Source: Desulfurellaceae bacterium (GTDB lineage: Bacteria; Campylobacterota_A; Desulfurellia; JAGGSF01). Taken from it: a DNA stretch of 36,980 nt. Of the stretch, positions 17,741 to 27,099 are shown piece after piece (the stretch's first letter is position 1; each line of letters starts with the position of its first letter). The notes under the pieces are model-generated. The model made no database searches. It had not been told where the DNA came from and worked only from the letters and a program-made list of their open reading frames with translations. The stretch spans positions 1 to 36,980 of the forward strand of contig JAGMDW010000185.1 in assembly GCA_023128455.1 (NCBI GenBank), read 5' to 3'. The position numbers and the translations under genes were made by a program.

Positions 17741-19993
17741 TTAAAATACCATTCCCATTGTAAAGTGCCATACTGAGCCCTTCTCATCTCCTTCGGGAGA
17801 AAGGTTCTTGCCCCATTCTATCCTCATCGGTCCTAAAGGAGAAATCCATCTCAAACCCAATCCCGCTCCCTTTCTTAAATCTGATAGACTTTCTGTCATT
17901 CTCCAACAATTACCCATATCGTAGAAAGCCACGCCATAAAAATTCAACTCAGTCAATATGGGAAAGATCAACTCAAAATTAAATACAATCTCCTTCTCGC
18001 CGCCGATACAATTTCCTTCATCATCCTTGGGAGAAATCTTCCCCTCGCTAAAACCTCTCACACTATCTATACCTCCCAAGAAGAACCTATTCTGAATAGG
18101 AACATGCTTTCCTGAAATGCCCGTTGCATATCCCGCTTCTCCCCTTACATGAGCTATAAGAGATGACGCAAGTAGCTTATAATAAATAGAGTGAGAAACT
18201 ACTGTCTTTGCATATCTCTCTGTTCCGCCCAGTCCTGCAACACGCACAGAAACATTTGAGAGAGCACCACTGGTGGGAAAAACACTACTATCTAATGTAT
18301 CTCTTTCTATAAATGGAGTAACATAGCTTTCAATATGTCTTCCCTCCTGATCCTTAAGATACTTGCTGGGGTTTAACTCTGTTATATCTATCTTTTCAAA
18401 GGAAAGACCATAGGTAGAACCTATTTTCAATGTATTATCAAAAAACCTATGAGCAAGCGTTACCTTACCTCCATAAGCATTCTCATCATAACTTGTATAG
18501 TCATACTTTGAATTGTATAGTGTTCCAGAAAGAGAGATGGGTTTATTGAATAGCCAGGGCTGAGTTACTGTAAGATCAAACAATGTGGTACGAGAACCTA
18601 TGTTCCCGCTAAACGAAGTATACAATCCTGCTCCCAAAAAATTTCTTTCCATCACACTGCCCATTACGCTGAATTTATCAAATGTACCATAACCCACTCC
18701 AGCATTAAAGGACCCGGTGTGTTTTTCCTTCACTGCTACCCGTACATTGAGCTTATCTTTTTCATCCACCCGTTTCGTAGTAATTGTCACTTCTTTAAAA
18801 TAATCCGTCTTATATAGTCCTCTTCTACTATCTCTCAAATACTTGGAGTTGTAGAGATCTCTCTCTTTTAATTTCAGCACCCTTCTAATTACATTATCCC
18901 TTGTCTTCTCATTACCTACAATTTCTATCCTATCTACATAAATCTTATGTCTCTTATCTATAACAAGAGCAACATCAATCGTTGCATCTTCTTTATCCAA
19001 ATGAACAATGGGTTTTACATCACAAAATGCATATCCTTTCTGTCCATAAAGATCGGTTATCTTCATTATATCCTGTCTAAAAGCGACACCATTAAACAAC
19101 TTTCCTTCCTTAGACTTCATTTGTTTCTTAAGAAACTTAATACTATAAGGTTTCTCGCCTTTAAACTCTATATTTTTTAGAGTATATCTTTGTCCCTCCT
19201 CTAATGATATATCCATGTTTATGCAGGAACGAGAAACATCAACCGTTATTATAGGATCCTTTACGCTCACTTCCGCGTAACCCTTCTTTAGATAAACATC
19301 CCTCACTGTTTCTTTATCCATCAAAACAGCATCTTCATTAAACCTGCCGGTATAAAACCAGGGTAAAAATGTAAGAATATATGGACCGTGTTTTTTGTGG
19401 GTTATCATTGCCTTTTCAATAACACTATTTTTTATATGTTCATTACCAATTATATTTATATTTTTTACTACTACTTTCTTACTCTCATGAATGGTGTATT
19501 CAATATCCACCCTATTTTCCAGAACAGATTTAACAGAACAGAAGATTTCAGTGAGATATCTACCTTTTTTTGTATATAATGCTTTCATCTTTTCTATACT
19601 CTCTGTTATCAAATCTGGAGTGAGTATTCGATAAGCTTTGGTCTCGCAATTTTTGAGCAACTCTTTATCTTTAAACCTTTTATTTCCAACAAAGGTAATA
19701 AATCTTATAGACGGCTTCTCCTTCAGTATAAAGGTAACACTCTTCCCACCTTTTACATCTTCAACATCTGCTTTTACTTTATTATAAAAACCTAAACTAT
19801 ATATGCAACGAATATCGCTATCAACTTTCTCTATGCTATATTTTCCCCCTACCTTCGTTTTTATAACATCCATTACGCTAAGTTTATCCGTTCTCACCAA
19901 CCCCCTAATGTCTACTTTCACTACATCTTGAGCAAACACAGAAACAGAAAACAATGAAAAAACAAAAACAAAAAACAACAATTTAAGTTTCAT
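17741..19993 (-). CDS. bamA: Outer membrane protein assembly factor BamA
   Basis: Signal peptide from ATG 19993 (SD GGGAG), POTRA repeats (GN.KTRD.VIRR), FFLGG..SVRGF, W.SPLGP and terminal Phe. The ORF-track start at 20029 is probably too far upstream. Confidence 0.96.
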   Translation of the reverse strand: MKLKLLFFVFVFSLFSVSVFAQDVVKVDIRGLVRTDKLSVMDVIKTKVGGKYSIEKVDSDIRCIYSLGFYNKVKADVEDVKGGKSVTFILKEKPSIRFITFVGNKRFKDKELLKNCETKAYRILTPDLITESIEKMKALYTKKGRYLTEIFCSVKSVLENRVDIEYTIHESKKVVVKNINIIGNEHIKNSVIEKAMITHKKHGPYILTFLPWFYTGRFNEDAVLMDKETVRDVYLKKGYAEVSVKDPIITVDVSRSCINMDISLEEGQRYTLKNIEFKGEKPYSIKFLKKQMKSKEGKLFNGVAFRQDIMKITDLYGQKGYAFCDVKPIVHLDKEDATIDVALVIDKRHKIYVDRIEIVGNEKTRDNVIRRVLKLKERDLYNSKYLRDSRRGLYKTDYFKEVTITTKRVDEKDKLNVRVAVKEKHTGSFNAGVGYGTFDKFSVMGSVMERNFLGAGLYTSFSGNIGSRTTLFDLTVTQPWLFNKPISLSGTLYNSKYDYTSYDENAYGGKVTLAHRFFDNTLKIGSTYGLSFEKIDITELNPSKYLKDQEGRHIESYVTPFIERDTLDSSVFPTSGALSNVSVRVAGLGGTERYAKTVVSHSIYYKLLASSLIAHVRGEAGYATGISGKHVPIQNRFFLGGIDSVRGFSEGKISPKDDEGNCIGGEKEIVFNFELIFPILTELNFYGVAFYDMGNCWRMTESLSDLRKGAGLGLRWISPLGPMRIEWGKNLSPEGDEKGSVWHFTMGMVF

Positions 19994-20660
19994 ACAATTT
20001 ACTCCCATGAAGGAAAAACGAGCGATCACACCTACTCAGGAATGTTCTGTCATGAGAAGCTACAATAAATGTCTGTCCATAAAACCTATTAATGTTCTTA
20101 ATTAAATCGAATATCTCTACAGCCGTTTTTTCATCTAAACTCGCCGTCGGTTCATCTGCTATAACCAACCGAGGTTTGTTTATTAAAGCTCTCGCCAAAA
20201 CAACCCTTTGTTTCTCACCCTCCGAAAGCATATAGCTTCTTCTATTAAAAAGGCTTTCTCTCAAACCCATACTCTTTAAAAGCTCCGTTGCCCGTTTCTC
20301 TTTATTTTTAAACCCTCCAATAAATGTCGGCATCAATACATTTTCTAACACACTAAACTCGGGAAGTAAAGAAGGAAACTGAAAAACAAAACCTATTTCC
20401 CTATTTCTCAGAGATGCAACCTTTTTTTCACCGAGAGAAAAAGGATTTTTCAACCCTAAAAATATGAGTTCTCCCTCATCTGGTGCATCCATTAATCCCA
20501 AAATATGGAGCAGGGTACTTTTTCCAGAACCAGAAACACCTATTATCGCTATTATCTCTCCTTCATATACCTCCAGATCCAGCTCTTTTAAAACCTCTAT
20601 TCTCTTTCCTCCACTGAAAAAGGAACGTTTTATACCACAGGCTTTAATCAAAAAATTCAC
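19983..20660 (-). CDS. lolD: Lipoprotein-releasing system ATP-binding protein
   Basis: Walker A GVSGSGKST, LRNREIGFVFQF..LLPEF and ADEPT. Adjacent to the LolC/E-type permease. The signature motif is the variant LSEGE. Confidence 0.88.
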   Translation of the reverse strand: MNFLIKACGIKRSFFSGGKRIEVLKELDLEVYEGEIIAIIGVSGSGKSTLLHILGLMDAPDEGELIFLGLKNPFSLGEKKVASLRNREIGFVFQFPSLLPEFSVLENVLMPTFIGGFKNKEKRATELLKSMGLRESLFNRRSYMLSEGEKQRVVLARALINKPRLVIADEPTASLDEKTAVEIFDLIKNINRFYGQTFIVASHDRTFLSRCDRSFFLHGSKLYET

Positions 20661-21820
20661 TTTAGAACCTCTATTACATTACATTTAGAGGCTTTGTGTG
20701 CCGGATAAAGCGAAACAAAAACAGAAAGAAAAAGAGTAGACAACGAAACAATAGCCACATCCATTAAATGAATATCCACGGGAAGGGTAGCGCTATAGTA
20801 TACATTAGGGGGAAGACTTATAAAATGATATTTTTTCAAGACAAAACAGATAATAAAACCTAATATATTCCCCGTTGCTACACCGCTTAGTCCCAAGATA
20901 AAGCCTTGAATAACAAACAATTTTTTAATATTAGTAGATGTTGCTCCCATAGAAACCAACACAGCAATATCTTTTACTTTACCCATTACGGACATCGTCA
21001 AACTACTTAAAATATTTAAAATGGCCACCAGAACAATCAAGGAAAGAACGATAAACATAGTCACTTTTTCCAATTTTAAGGCGAAAAAAAAATTTCTATT
21101 CATATCTATCCAACTCCGAGTATAAAGCGGATAGGAAAGTCTCGCAGACATGCTTCTTACTATATCTCTCGCTTTAAAAGGATTTTTCAGGTAAATGCCC
21201 AACCCTGTAATTACTCCACTCATATCTAAAATTTCCTGCATTTTATTAAGTGGTATAAATATCATGGATGCATCGTAGTCATACATGCCTGAATTAAAAA
21301 TGCCGTTAACTTTGCCTTCCCAAGACATAGGCACAGAACCCAAGGCTGTTTTTTTCATCAAGGGGAAAACCAATCTTACCTTATCCCCAACTCCTATGCC
21401 TAAAATGTTAGCCAATTCTTCGCCTACGATTACACCCTGCTTTTCAATGGAAAAATATCTCTTCACCGGTGCATTCTCAAAATTTATTCCTCTAATCAAT
21501 GCACCTACACTCACCCTGCCAGATGACGCAATGCACTGAGAAAGCAAAAAAGGTGAAGATTGGTACCCCATTTTTTCTATTTCCGCTACTCTTTTTTCAC
21601 TGAAAAAATGATTATAGCTCATCACTATCACATGAGGGTTGACCCCCAGTATCTTTTCCACCAGCGTAGAATTAAAACCGTTCATTACGGACAAAACTAC
21701 AATTAATGCAGCTACTCCTACCGTAATTCCTAAAACAGAAAAAAAAGAGGTAAGAGAAATAAAGCTCTTTCTCTTCTTGCCTCCCAGGTATCTCAAAGCA
21801 ATGAATTTTTCTACCAACAA
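20657..21820 (-). CDS. Lipoprotein-releasing ABC transporter permease (LolC/LolE family; single copy, LolF-like)
   Basis: FIALRYL, GVAALIVVLSVMNGF, F.SGMYDYD, W..MN.NFF.ALKLEK and YPA.KAS motifs. TTG start. Confidence 0.92.
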   Translation of the reverse strand: MLVEKFIALRYLGGKKRKSFISLTSFFSVLGITVGVAALIVVLSVMNGFNSTLVEKILGVNPHVIVMSYNHFFSEKRVAEIEKMGYQSSPFLLSQCIASSGRVSVGALIRGINFENAPVKRYFSIEKQGVIVGEELANILGIGVGDKVRLVFPLMKKTALGSVPMSWEGKVNGIFNSGMYDYDASMIFIPLNKMQEILDMSGVITGLGIYLKNPFKARDIVRSMSARLSYPLYTRSWIDMNRNFFFALKLEKVTMFIVLSLIVLVAILNILSSLTMSVMGKVKDIAVLVSMGATSTNIKKLFVIQGFILGLSGVATGNILGFIICFVLKKYHFISLPPNVYYSATLPVDIHLMDVAIVSLSTLFLSVFVSLYPAHKASKCNVIEVLK

Positions 21821-21828
21821 TCCGCCCT

Positions 21829-24177
21829 TTACTTTATAAGAACGAGATCAATTACTTGAGTCATGTCTTCCACACAGTGAAACTTCACTTTTTCAACAAT
21901 CTCTTTAGAAACCTCTCCCACATCTTTCTTATTTAGAAGAGGTACAATTATTTCTTTGATACCAGCTCGCAATGCGGCCAGTGATTTTTCTTTAATCCCT
22001 CCCACCGGCAATATCCTTCCTGTTAGGGTAAGTTCTCCAGTCATGGCAACATCATTCCGCACTGGTTTGTCGGACAAAGAGGAGATAATCGCTGCTGCTA
22101 TTGCTGCACCTCCAGACGGTCCATCTTTTGGCGTAGCACCTTCGGGAACATGAATATGCAGGTCTATCTTTTGATAAAAATCTTCCTTTAAGCCCAGACC
22201 TTTATAATGCTCGCGTGCATAAGTTACTGCAGCCTGGGCAGATTCTTTCATCACATCCCCCAGCGAACCAGTAAGTATAAGCTTTCCCGAACCTTTCACT
22301 TTCACCACTTCGATAAATAGGATACTTCCGCCCACTGGTGTCCAGGCCAACCCTGTAGCTACACCTGTATAACATTTATCCAGCTTCTCCTCTGTAAAAT
22401 ACTTAGGAGCACCTAAATACTTACCTATATTTCTCGTTGTTACACGAAATGTCTTATTCTTTGTAGCCTTTTCTGCAATATGACGGGCGATTTTCCTTAA
22501 GACAGAAGCTATCTCTTTTTCCATATTCCTCACACCCGCTTCCCTTGTATAGTCTTCAATGATCTTTTTTATACCACTATCCGTAAAGCTAATATTATAT
22601 TTCTCCAAACCGTTGTTTTTAATCTCTTTAGGCAAGATATAACGCTGAGCAATTTTCATCTTTTCCTCCACCGTATAGCCTGGAATCTTTATGACTTCCA
22701 TTCTATCCAATAGAGGGGACGGAATGGTCTCTGTAGTGTTGGCGGTGGTAATAAAAAATACCTTAGATAGATCAAAAGGTACACCCAAATAATGGTCCTC
22801 AAATTCACAATTTTGTTCAGGGTCAAGCACTTCCAATAAAGCGGATGCAGGATCTCCTCTGAAATCTGTTCCCAATTTGTCTACTTCATCTAATACAAAT
22901 ACGGGGTTCTTCGTCCCTGCCTGTTTTAACCCCTGAATTATTCTTCCCGGCAGTGCTCCTACATATGTTCTCCTGTGTCCTCTTATCTCTGCTTCATCCC
23001 GTATCCCTCCTAAAGATATTCTAGACAGCTTCCTGCCCATTGCTTGAGCGATAGACTTAGCCAAAGATGTTTTCCCAACACCAGGTGGTCCTATAAAACA
23101 CAAAATAGGACCTTTGGTCTCCTTCTTTAATTTCCTCACAGAGAGATACTCTAAAATTCTGTCCTTTGCCTCTTTTAAGTCGTAGTGGTCCTCATCCAGC
23201 ACCTTCGCTACTTCTTTTATATTCAGATAATCCTTTGTAGACTTGCTCCAGGGCACAGAAACCATCCAATCCAAATATGTTCTCGCTACTGTGGCTTCTG
23301 CACTGTCAGGGTGCATCTTTGATAATCTGGATAACTGTTTTTGCGCTTCTTTCTTGGCAAGTTTAGGCATTTTAGCTTCAGCAATCTTTCCTTTCAATTC
23401 CTCTGTTTCATCAACACCCGCCTGCTCTTCACCTAATTCTTTTTTAATCGCTTTAAGCTGTTCTCTTAAAAAATATTCTTTTTGTGTCTTTGATATTTCT
23501 CCTTTCGCTGCATCTTGAATTTTATCCCTCACTACCAAAAGCTGAATTTCCTTATCTAAAAAAGCACTCAACTTAAACAATTTATTCCTTAAAGATACAG
23601 TTTCCAAAATCTCCTGAGCAGCTTTTGTCCTCAAATGAATATTAGAAGCTACAACATCAGCAAACTTATTTGGTTCGTCGATATTATTTACAACAATAAC
23701 CAAATCAACAGGAATATTCTTGTCCAATGAAGCAAGCTTGTCCAATTGGGTCCTTATGTTTTTCACCAGTGCTTCAATTTCTAACTGCTCCTCATGACCT
23801 TTCACGCCTTCTTCTTTTATCACTTTTATGCCTACTTCCATAAAGGCTTTTCCCTTTTTAAACTCCGTAATCTTCGCTTTAGATAAACCCTGTACTAATA
23901 TCTTTGCTCTTCCATCGGGAAGTTTTATCATTCTCAAGATAAGAGATACTGATCCTACTGTATAAATATTCTCCGCCTCTGGCTCATTGTCCTCTGGCCT
24001 TTTCTGCGCAACAAGCATAAGCAATCTATCCTTAGAAAGAGCTTCGTCTATTGCCCTTATAGAAAAGTCTCTTCCCACAAAAAGTGGTATAATCATATAC
24101 GGAAATATAACTATATCTCTTAACGGAAGAACTGGAAGCACATCGGGAATATTAATTTCTTCATCTTTTAGTTCCAT
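21829..24177 (-). CDS. lon: ATP-dependent protease La
   Basis: N-domain LPVLPLRD, Walker A GPPGVGKTS, RGHRRTY, Walker B LDEVDK, catalytic Ser in PKDGPS and Lys in GGIKEK. Confidence 0.98.
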   Translation of the reverse strand: MELKDEEINIPDVLPVLPLRDIVIFPYMIIPLFVGRDFSIRAIDEALSKDRLLMLVAQKRPEDNEPEAENIYTVGSVSLILRMIKLPDGRAKILVQGLSKAKITEFKKGKAFMEVGIKVIKEEGVKGHEEQLEIEALVKNIRTQLDKLASLDKNIPVDLVIVVNNIDEPNKFADVVASNIHLRTKAAQEILETVSLRNKLFKLSAFLDKEIQLLVVRDKIQDAAKGEISKTQKEYFLREQLKAIKKELGEEQAGVDETEELKGKIAEAKMPKLAKKEAQKQLSRLSKMHPDSAEATVARTYLDWMVSVPWSKSTKDYLNIKEVAKVLDEDHYDLKEAKDRILEYLSVRKLKKETKGPILCFIGPPGVGKTSLAKSIAQAMGRKLSRISLGGIRDEAEIRGHRRTYVGALPGRIIQGLKQAGTKNPVFVLDEVDKLGTDFRGDPASALLEVLDPEQNCEFEDHYLGVPFDLSKVFFITTANTTETIPSPLLDRMEVIKIPGYTVEEKMKIAQRYILPKEIKNNGLEKYNISFTDSGIKKIIEDYTREAGVRNMEKEIASVLRKIARHIAEKATKNKTFRVTTRNIGKYLGAPKYFTEEKLDKCYTGVATGLAWTPVGGSILFIEVVKVKGSGKLILTGSLGDVMKESAQAAVTYAREHYKGLGLKEDFYQKIDLHIHVPEGATPKDGPSGGAAIAAAIISSLSDKPVRNDVAMTGELTLTGRILPVGGIKEKSLAALRAGIKEIIVPLLNKKDVGEVSKEIVEKVKFHCVEDMTQVIDLVLIK

Positions 24178-24180
24178 AAA

Positions 24181-24543
24181 TCATACCCTCTTCTCACAAA
24201 TCACAGTCAATACACCATTTTTATATACAGACCTTATCTTATTCCCGTCAACTGCTACTGGAAGCAATACTAACCGCTTGAATCCACCGAACACTCTTTC
24301 TACTCTCATATATTTTACACTCCTCCCTAAAACAGCTCTCTTTTTTACACCATAAACAACAATTTTATCACCTGTATATACCACATGAATATCTTTTAAC
24401 TCAATTCCCGGTATCTCTATCTCTATGTATAAATCATTGCCCTTTTCAAATACATCCGCGGGTGGCTCATCTAATTCCCACAATTCCCCATTTAAACTAT
24501 CCTTTACAATTTCCAATATCTCTTTCTTTAAAATAAGCCTCAT
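24181..24543 (-). CDS. Hsp20/alpha-crystallin family small heat-shock protein
   Basis: PPADVFE, EIPG, ER.FG.F.R...LP and YKNGVLTV. Confidence 0.9.
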   Translation of the reverse strand: MRLILKKEILEIVKDSLNGELWELDEPPADVFEKGNDLYIEIEIPGIELKDIHVVYTGDKIVVYGVKKRAVLGRSVKYMRVERVFGGFKRLVLLPVAVDGNKIRSVYKNGVLTVICEKRV

Positions 24544-25283
24544 TCTTCTATTCTATCCTTTATCTTTTCAACAAATCTACTTTGTGGATATTTTCTCTCT
24601 AATTCATTGAAAAAAAGTTGAGCATCCTCTCGTTTATTCAGGTAATAATAACTCATTGTTAAAAGATACAACATCTCATCTGTAAAGTTCAAATCTGAAA
24701 AGTGATGAGACATGAATGTAAGCCTATTCAATGCCGCATTATAATCGTGCAGTCGAAAGTAAAACTTACTGACAAATAATTCATGCCTGTAAATTTCGTC
24801 CACACACTGCATAATATAAGTATCCGCCTGGCAAGCAAACGAACTCGAAGGATGATCTCTCTTTAAACTTATAAACGCCTTTAACGCCTTTATTACAGGG
24901 GTTTGATCCCTATCATAGGAATTTCTACATCGCCAGAAAGAGGTAGCAATCTTGTATTGTGCGTATACTGCATCGGAAGAGTGAGGATAATACTTTATAA
25001 ACCGCCTGTAAGCTTCACGAGCCAGTATATGCTCACCTTTAGCAAAATAAACATCGCCTAACTTTAGATAAGCCTTCTTAGCATAAACACTACCTGGATG
25101 CTGCTCTCTCACCATACGCAAATCATGTTCCGCCGCTACATAATCGTGATTTATGTAAGATTGTATACCACTATTATACCACTCGAAAGCACCTTTCTCT
25201 GATTCCTCTGGTATCACCTTTTTATTTACTGCACAGGCAACCAAAAAAAGTGAAAGAAAAAGAACCGTTAATTTTTTTACCAA
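24540..25283 (-). CDS. bamD: Outer membrane protein assembly factor BamD (lipoprotein)
   Basis: Lipobox LVA-C, TPR-like F...YP, DRDQT and HEL.V..FY motifs. TTG start with SD GGAGG. Confidence 0.92.
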   Translation of the reverse strand: MVKKLTVLFLSLFLVACAVNKKVIPEESEKGAFEWYNSGIQSYINHDYVAAEHDLRMVREQHPGSVYAKKAYLKLGDVYFAKGEHILAREAYRRFIKYYPHSSDAVYAQYKIATSFWRCRNSYDRDQTPVIKALKAFISLKRDHPSSSFACQADTYIMQCVDEIYRHELFVSKFYFRLHDYNAALNRLTFMSHHFSDLNFTDEMLYLLTMSYYYLNKREDAQLFFNELERKYPQSRFVEKIKDRIEE

Positions 25284-26555
25284 TTACAACCTCCAATACA
25301 CAAAATTTGCCCTTTGAACATCCCTTTTATTAAATATACCCTTTATATCAACAAACAATGGTTTATCCATCCGACAATATTGTCTTAACTCTCTTATGTC
25401 AAGGTCCATATAAGATCTATGTTTTACACATATACAAAACCCATCCAGTTCACTAAAATCATCAAAAGAACAGAGATGACGATGAAAAATATCATAAGCA
25501 TCCTCTTCGTCGGCTAATGGATCATGCAGATAAACCTCTATACCATAAGAAGAAAGTTCTTCCACCAAGCTGTAAACCTTCGTATTGCGTAAATCTGGCA
25601 CATTTTCTTTAAAGGTAAGACCAAGAATAGCCAACCGTGTACCATTAACAGGAATATTCTGTTTAATAAGCATCCTTACTATATTACTAGCAATAAAATT
25701 AGGCATAGAATCATTTGTTCTCCTTCCTGCTAAAATTACCTCTGGATGGTAGCCCATCTCTTCTGCTCTATAGGTGAGATAATAAGGGTCAACCCCTATG
25801 CAATGTCCACCCACTAAACCTGGTGAAAACTTTAAAAAATTCCATTTGGTGGCAGATGCTTCCAATACTTCCTTTGTATCCAATCCCAATCTATGAAATA
25901 TGACGGAAAGTTCATTCACCAAAGCTATATTCAGATCCCTTTGCGTATTCTCTATAACCTTTGCCGCTTCCGCCGCTTCTATAGAAGATGTTCTATGTAT
26001 ACCTGCTTTTACCACACTTTTATATAAAGAAGCTACTACATCCAATGTTTCTTCATCTTCTGCTGATACTATCTTCACTATATCCGAGAAACGGTGTTCT
26101 TTGTCGCCTGGATTTATCCTCTCCGGAGAATAAGCTATCTTAAAGTTGCTACCTTTTGAGGCTTGTTCAATTATGGGTTTGCATACAAGATTGGTTGCAC
26201 CAGGATAAACAGTAGATTCATAAACAACAATCGCTCCTTTTTTTATATTTTCTCCCACAATTCTGCTTGCATGTTTTAAAGCTTCAAGATTAGGAATATT
26301 GTGATTATCTATAGGTGTAGGAACAGCAACAACAACCACATCACATCTCTTTAAAAGGCAGGCATTGGAGCTAAAAATCACAGATGTATGTTTTAATTCT
26401 TTATTCACCTCTCCTGTCTTATCTATACCTTTTTTTAATTCCTCTATTCTCCTCTCGTCTATATCAAACCCTACACATTCAAATTTCTTTCCAAATTCTA
26501 TGGCAATAGGTAACCCTACATACCCCAAACCTACAATACCTATTACCATTCTCAT
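25284..26555 (-). CDS. UDP-N-acetylhexosamine 6-dehydrogenase (TviB/WbpO-like nucleotide sugar dehydrogenase)
   Basis: GLGYVGLP, YESTVYPGAT, YSPERINPGD, AAKVIENTQRDLNIA, catalytic GGHCIGVDP and GLTFKEN. Confidence 0.93.
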   Translation of the reverse strand: MRMVIGIVGLGYVGLPIAIEFGKKFECVGFDIDERRIEELKKGIDKTGEVNKELKHTSVIFSSNACLLKRCDVVVVAVPTPIDNHNIPNLEALKHASRIVGENIKKGAIVVYESTVYPGATNLVCKPIIEQASKGSNFKIAYSPERINPGDKEHRFSDIVKIVSAEDEETLDVVASLYKSVVKAGIHRTSSIEAAEAAKVIENTQRDLNIALVNELSVIFHRLGLDTKEVLEASATKWNFLKFSPGLVGGHCIGVDPYYLTYRAEEMGYHPEVILAGRRTNDSMPNFIASNIVRMLIKQNIPVNGTRLAILGLTFKENVPDLRNTKVYSLVEELSSYGIEVYLHDPLADEEDAYDIFHRHLCSFDDFSELDGFCICVKHRSYMDLDIRELRQYCRMDKPLFVDIKGIFNKRDVQRANFVYWRL

Positions 26556-26833
26556 GCCTCCTTAAAATAGATATCCTCAACAGCTGTCTTCCCGCACAGA
26601 TGATTGATATTTTCTATTATTCTATCTTTTATAAAAGTGAGTTCCATGGCCCATGCACTAGAACTCACTCCTACCCTTAACACCTTATTTCTTATTCCTA
26701 CAACCTGAGTATTTTTATATACAATGTCACCTACTATTTCTCTCCAGTTTTCTCTAATGCGCACCTCATCACCTAACTTTCCACATCGCCAATCCTTTAA
26801 AATCTCAGATAGAACTTCACCCATCTTTTTCAT
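26552..26833 (-). CDS. DUF721/DciA family protein
   Basis: W.EIVG, L.V.V.SSAWA.EL....I...IN and V..I.F pattern in a 93-aa ORF. Confidence 0.85.
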   Translation of the reverse strand: MKKMGEVLSEILKDWRCGKLGDEVRIRENWREIVGDIVYKNTQVVGIRNKVLRVGVSSSAWAMELTFIKDRIIENINHLCGKTAVEDIYFKEA

Positions 26834-26841
26834 ATCTTAAA

Positions 26842-26917
26842 TGGTGTACCTGGGGGGATTTGAACCCCCAACCTCAAGATCCGGAGTCTTGCGCTCTATC
26901 CCTTGAGCTACAGGTAC
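26842..26917 (-). tRNA. tRNA-Arg(CCG)
   Basis: The reverse complement folds as a 76-nt cloverleaf: acceptor GTACCTG/CAGGTAC, D stem GCTC/GAGC, anticodon stem CAAGA/TCTTG with loop CT-CCG-GA, T arm GGGGG-TTCAAAT-CCCCC, discriminator A and encoded CCA. Confidence 0.98.
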
Positions 26918-26930
26918 TCGTTTAAAAATA

Positions 26931-26970
26931 CTATGCATTAAAGACCTATCTTAGTCAAGTCTTAGTCAAG
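26931..26970 (-). promoter_or_regulatory. Putative sigma70 promoter for tRNA-Arg and the envelope operon
   Basis: Minus strand reads TTGACT-17 nt-CATAGT (or TAGTAT at 19 nt), ending about 15 nt upstream of the tRNA. The -35 hexamer is duplicated. Confidence 0.5.
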
Positions 26971-26971
26971 T
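26950..26971. repeat. Perfect 11-bp tandem direct repeat CTTAGTCAAGT x2
   Basis: Read directly at 26950-26960 and 26961-26971. Confidence 0.9.
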
Positions 26972-27022
26972 TTTTACTTGCACTTGCTATCTTCTTAAGA
27001 AAAGTTAAATTTTAATTAATAC

Positions 27023-27051
27023 TTGACATATACTTATTATAAGTTTATATT
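27023..27051 (+). promoter_or_regulatory. Sigma70-type promoter for the MFS transporter
   Basis: TTGACA (27023-27028), 17-nt spacer, TATATT (27046-27051), with an AT-rich UP-like region upstream. Confidence 0.75.
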
Positions 27052-27099
27052 CTATAAAATTTCGTAAAGGAGGTGAGGAAGAAAATTAAATCGTTTTGT

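Noticed and set aside
19940-19985. Low-complexity A-rich repeats (AAAAAC-like) here and at about 17690-17725
   Set aside because: They encode Phe/Val/Leu-rich signal peptides of BamA and Skp. The frames are intact and there is no sign of phase variation.
935-26565. Numerous 60-170 aa plus-strand ORFs opposite the envelope operon
   Set aside because: They lie antisense to well-supported genes, show no recognisable motifs and have the composition expected of shadow ORFs.
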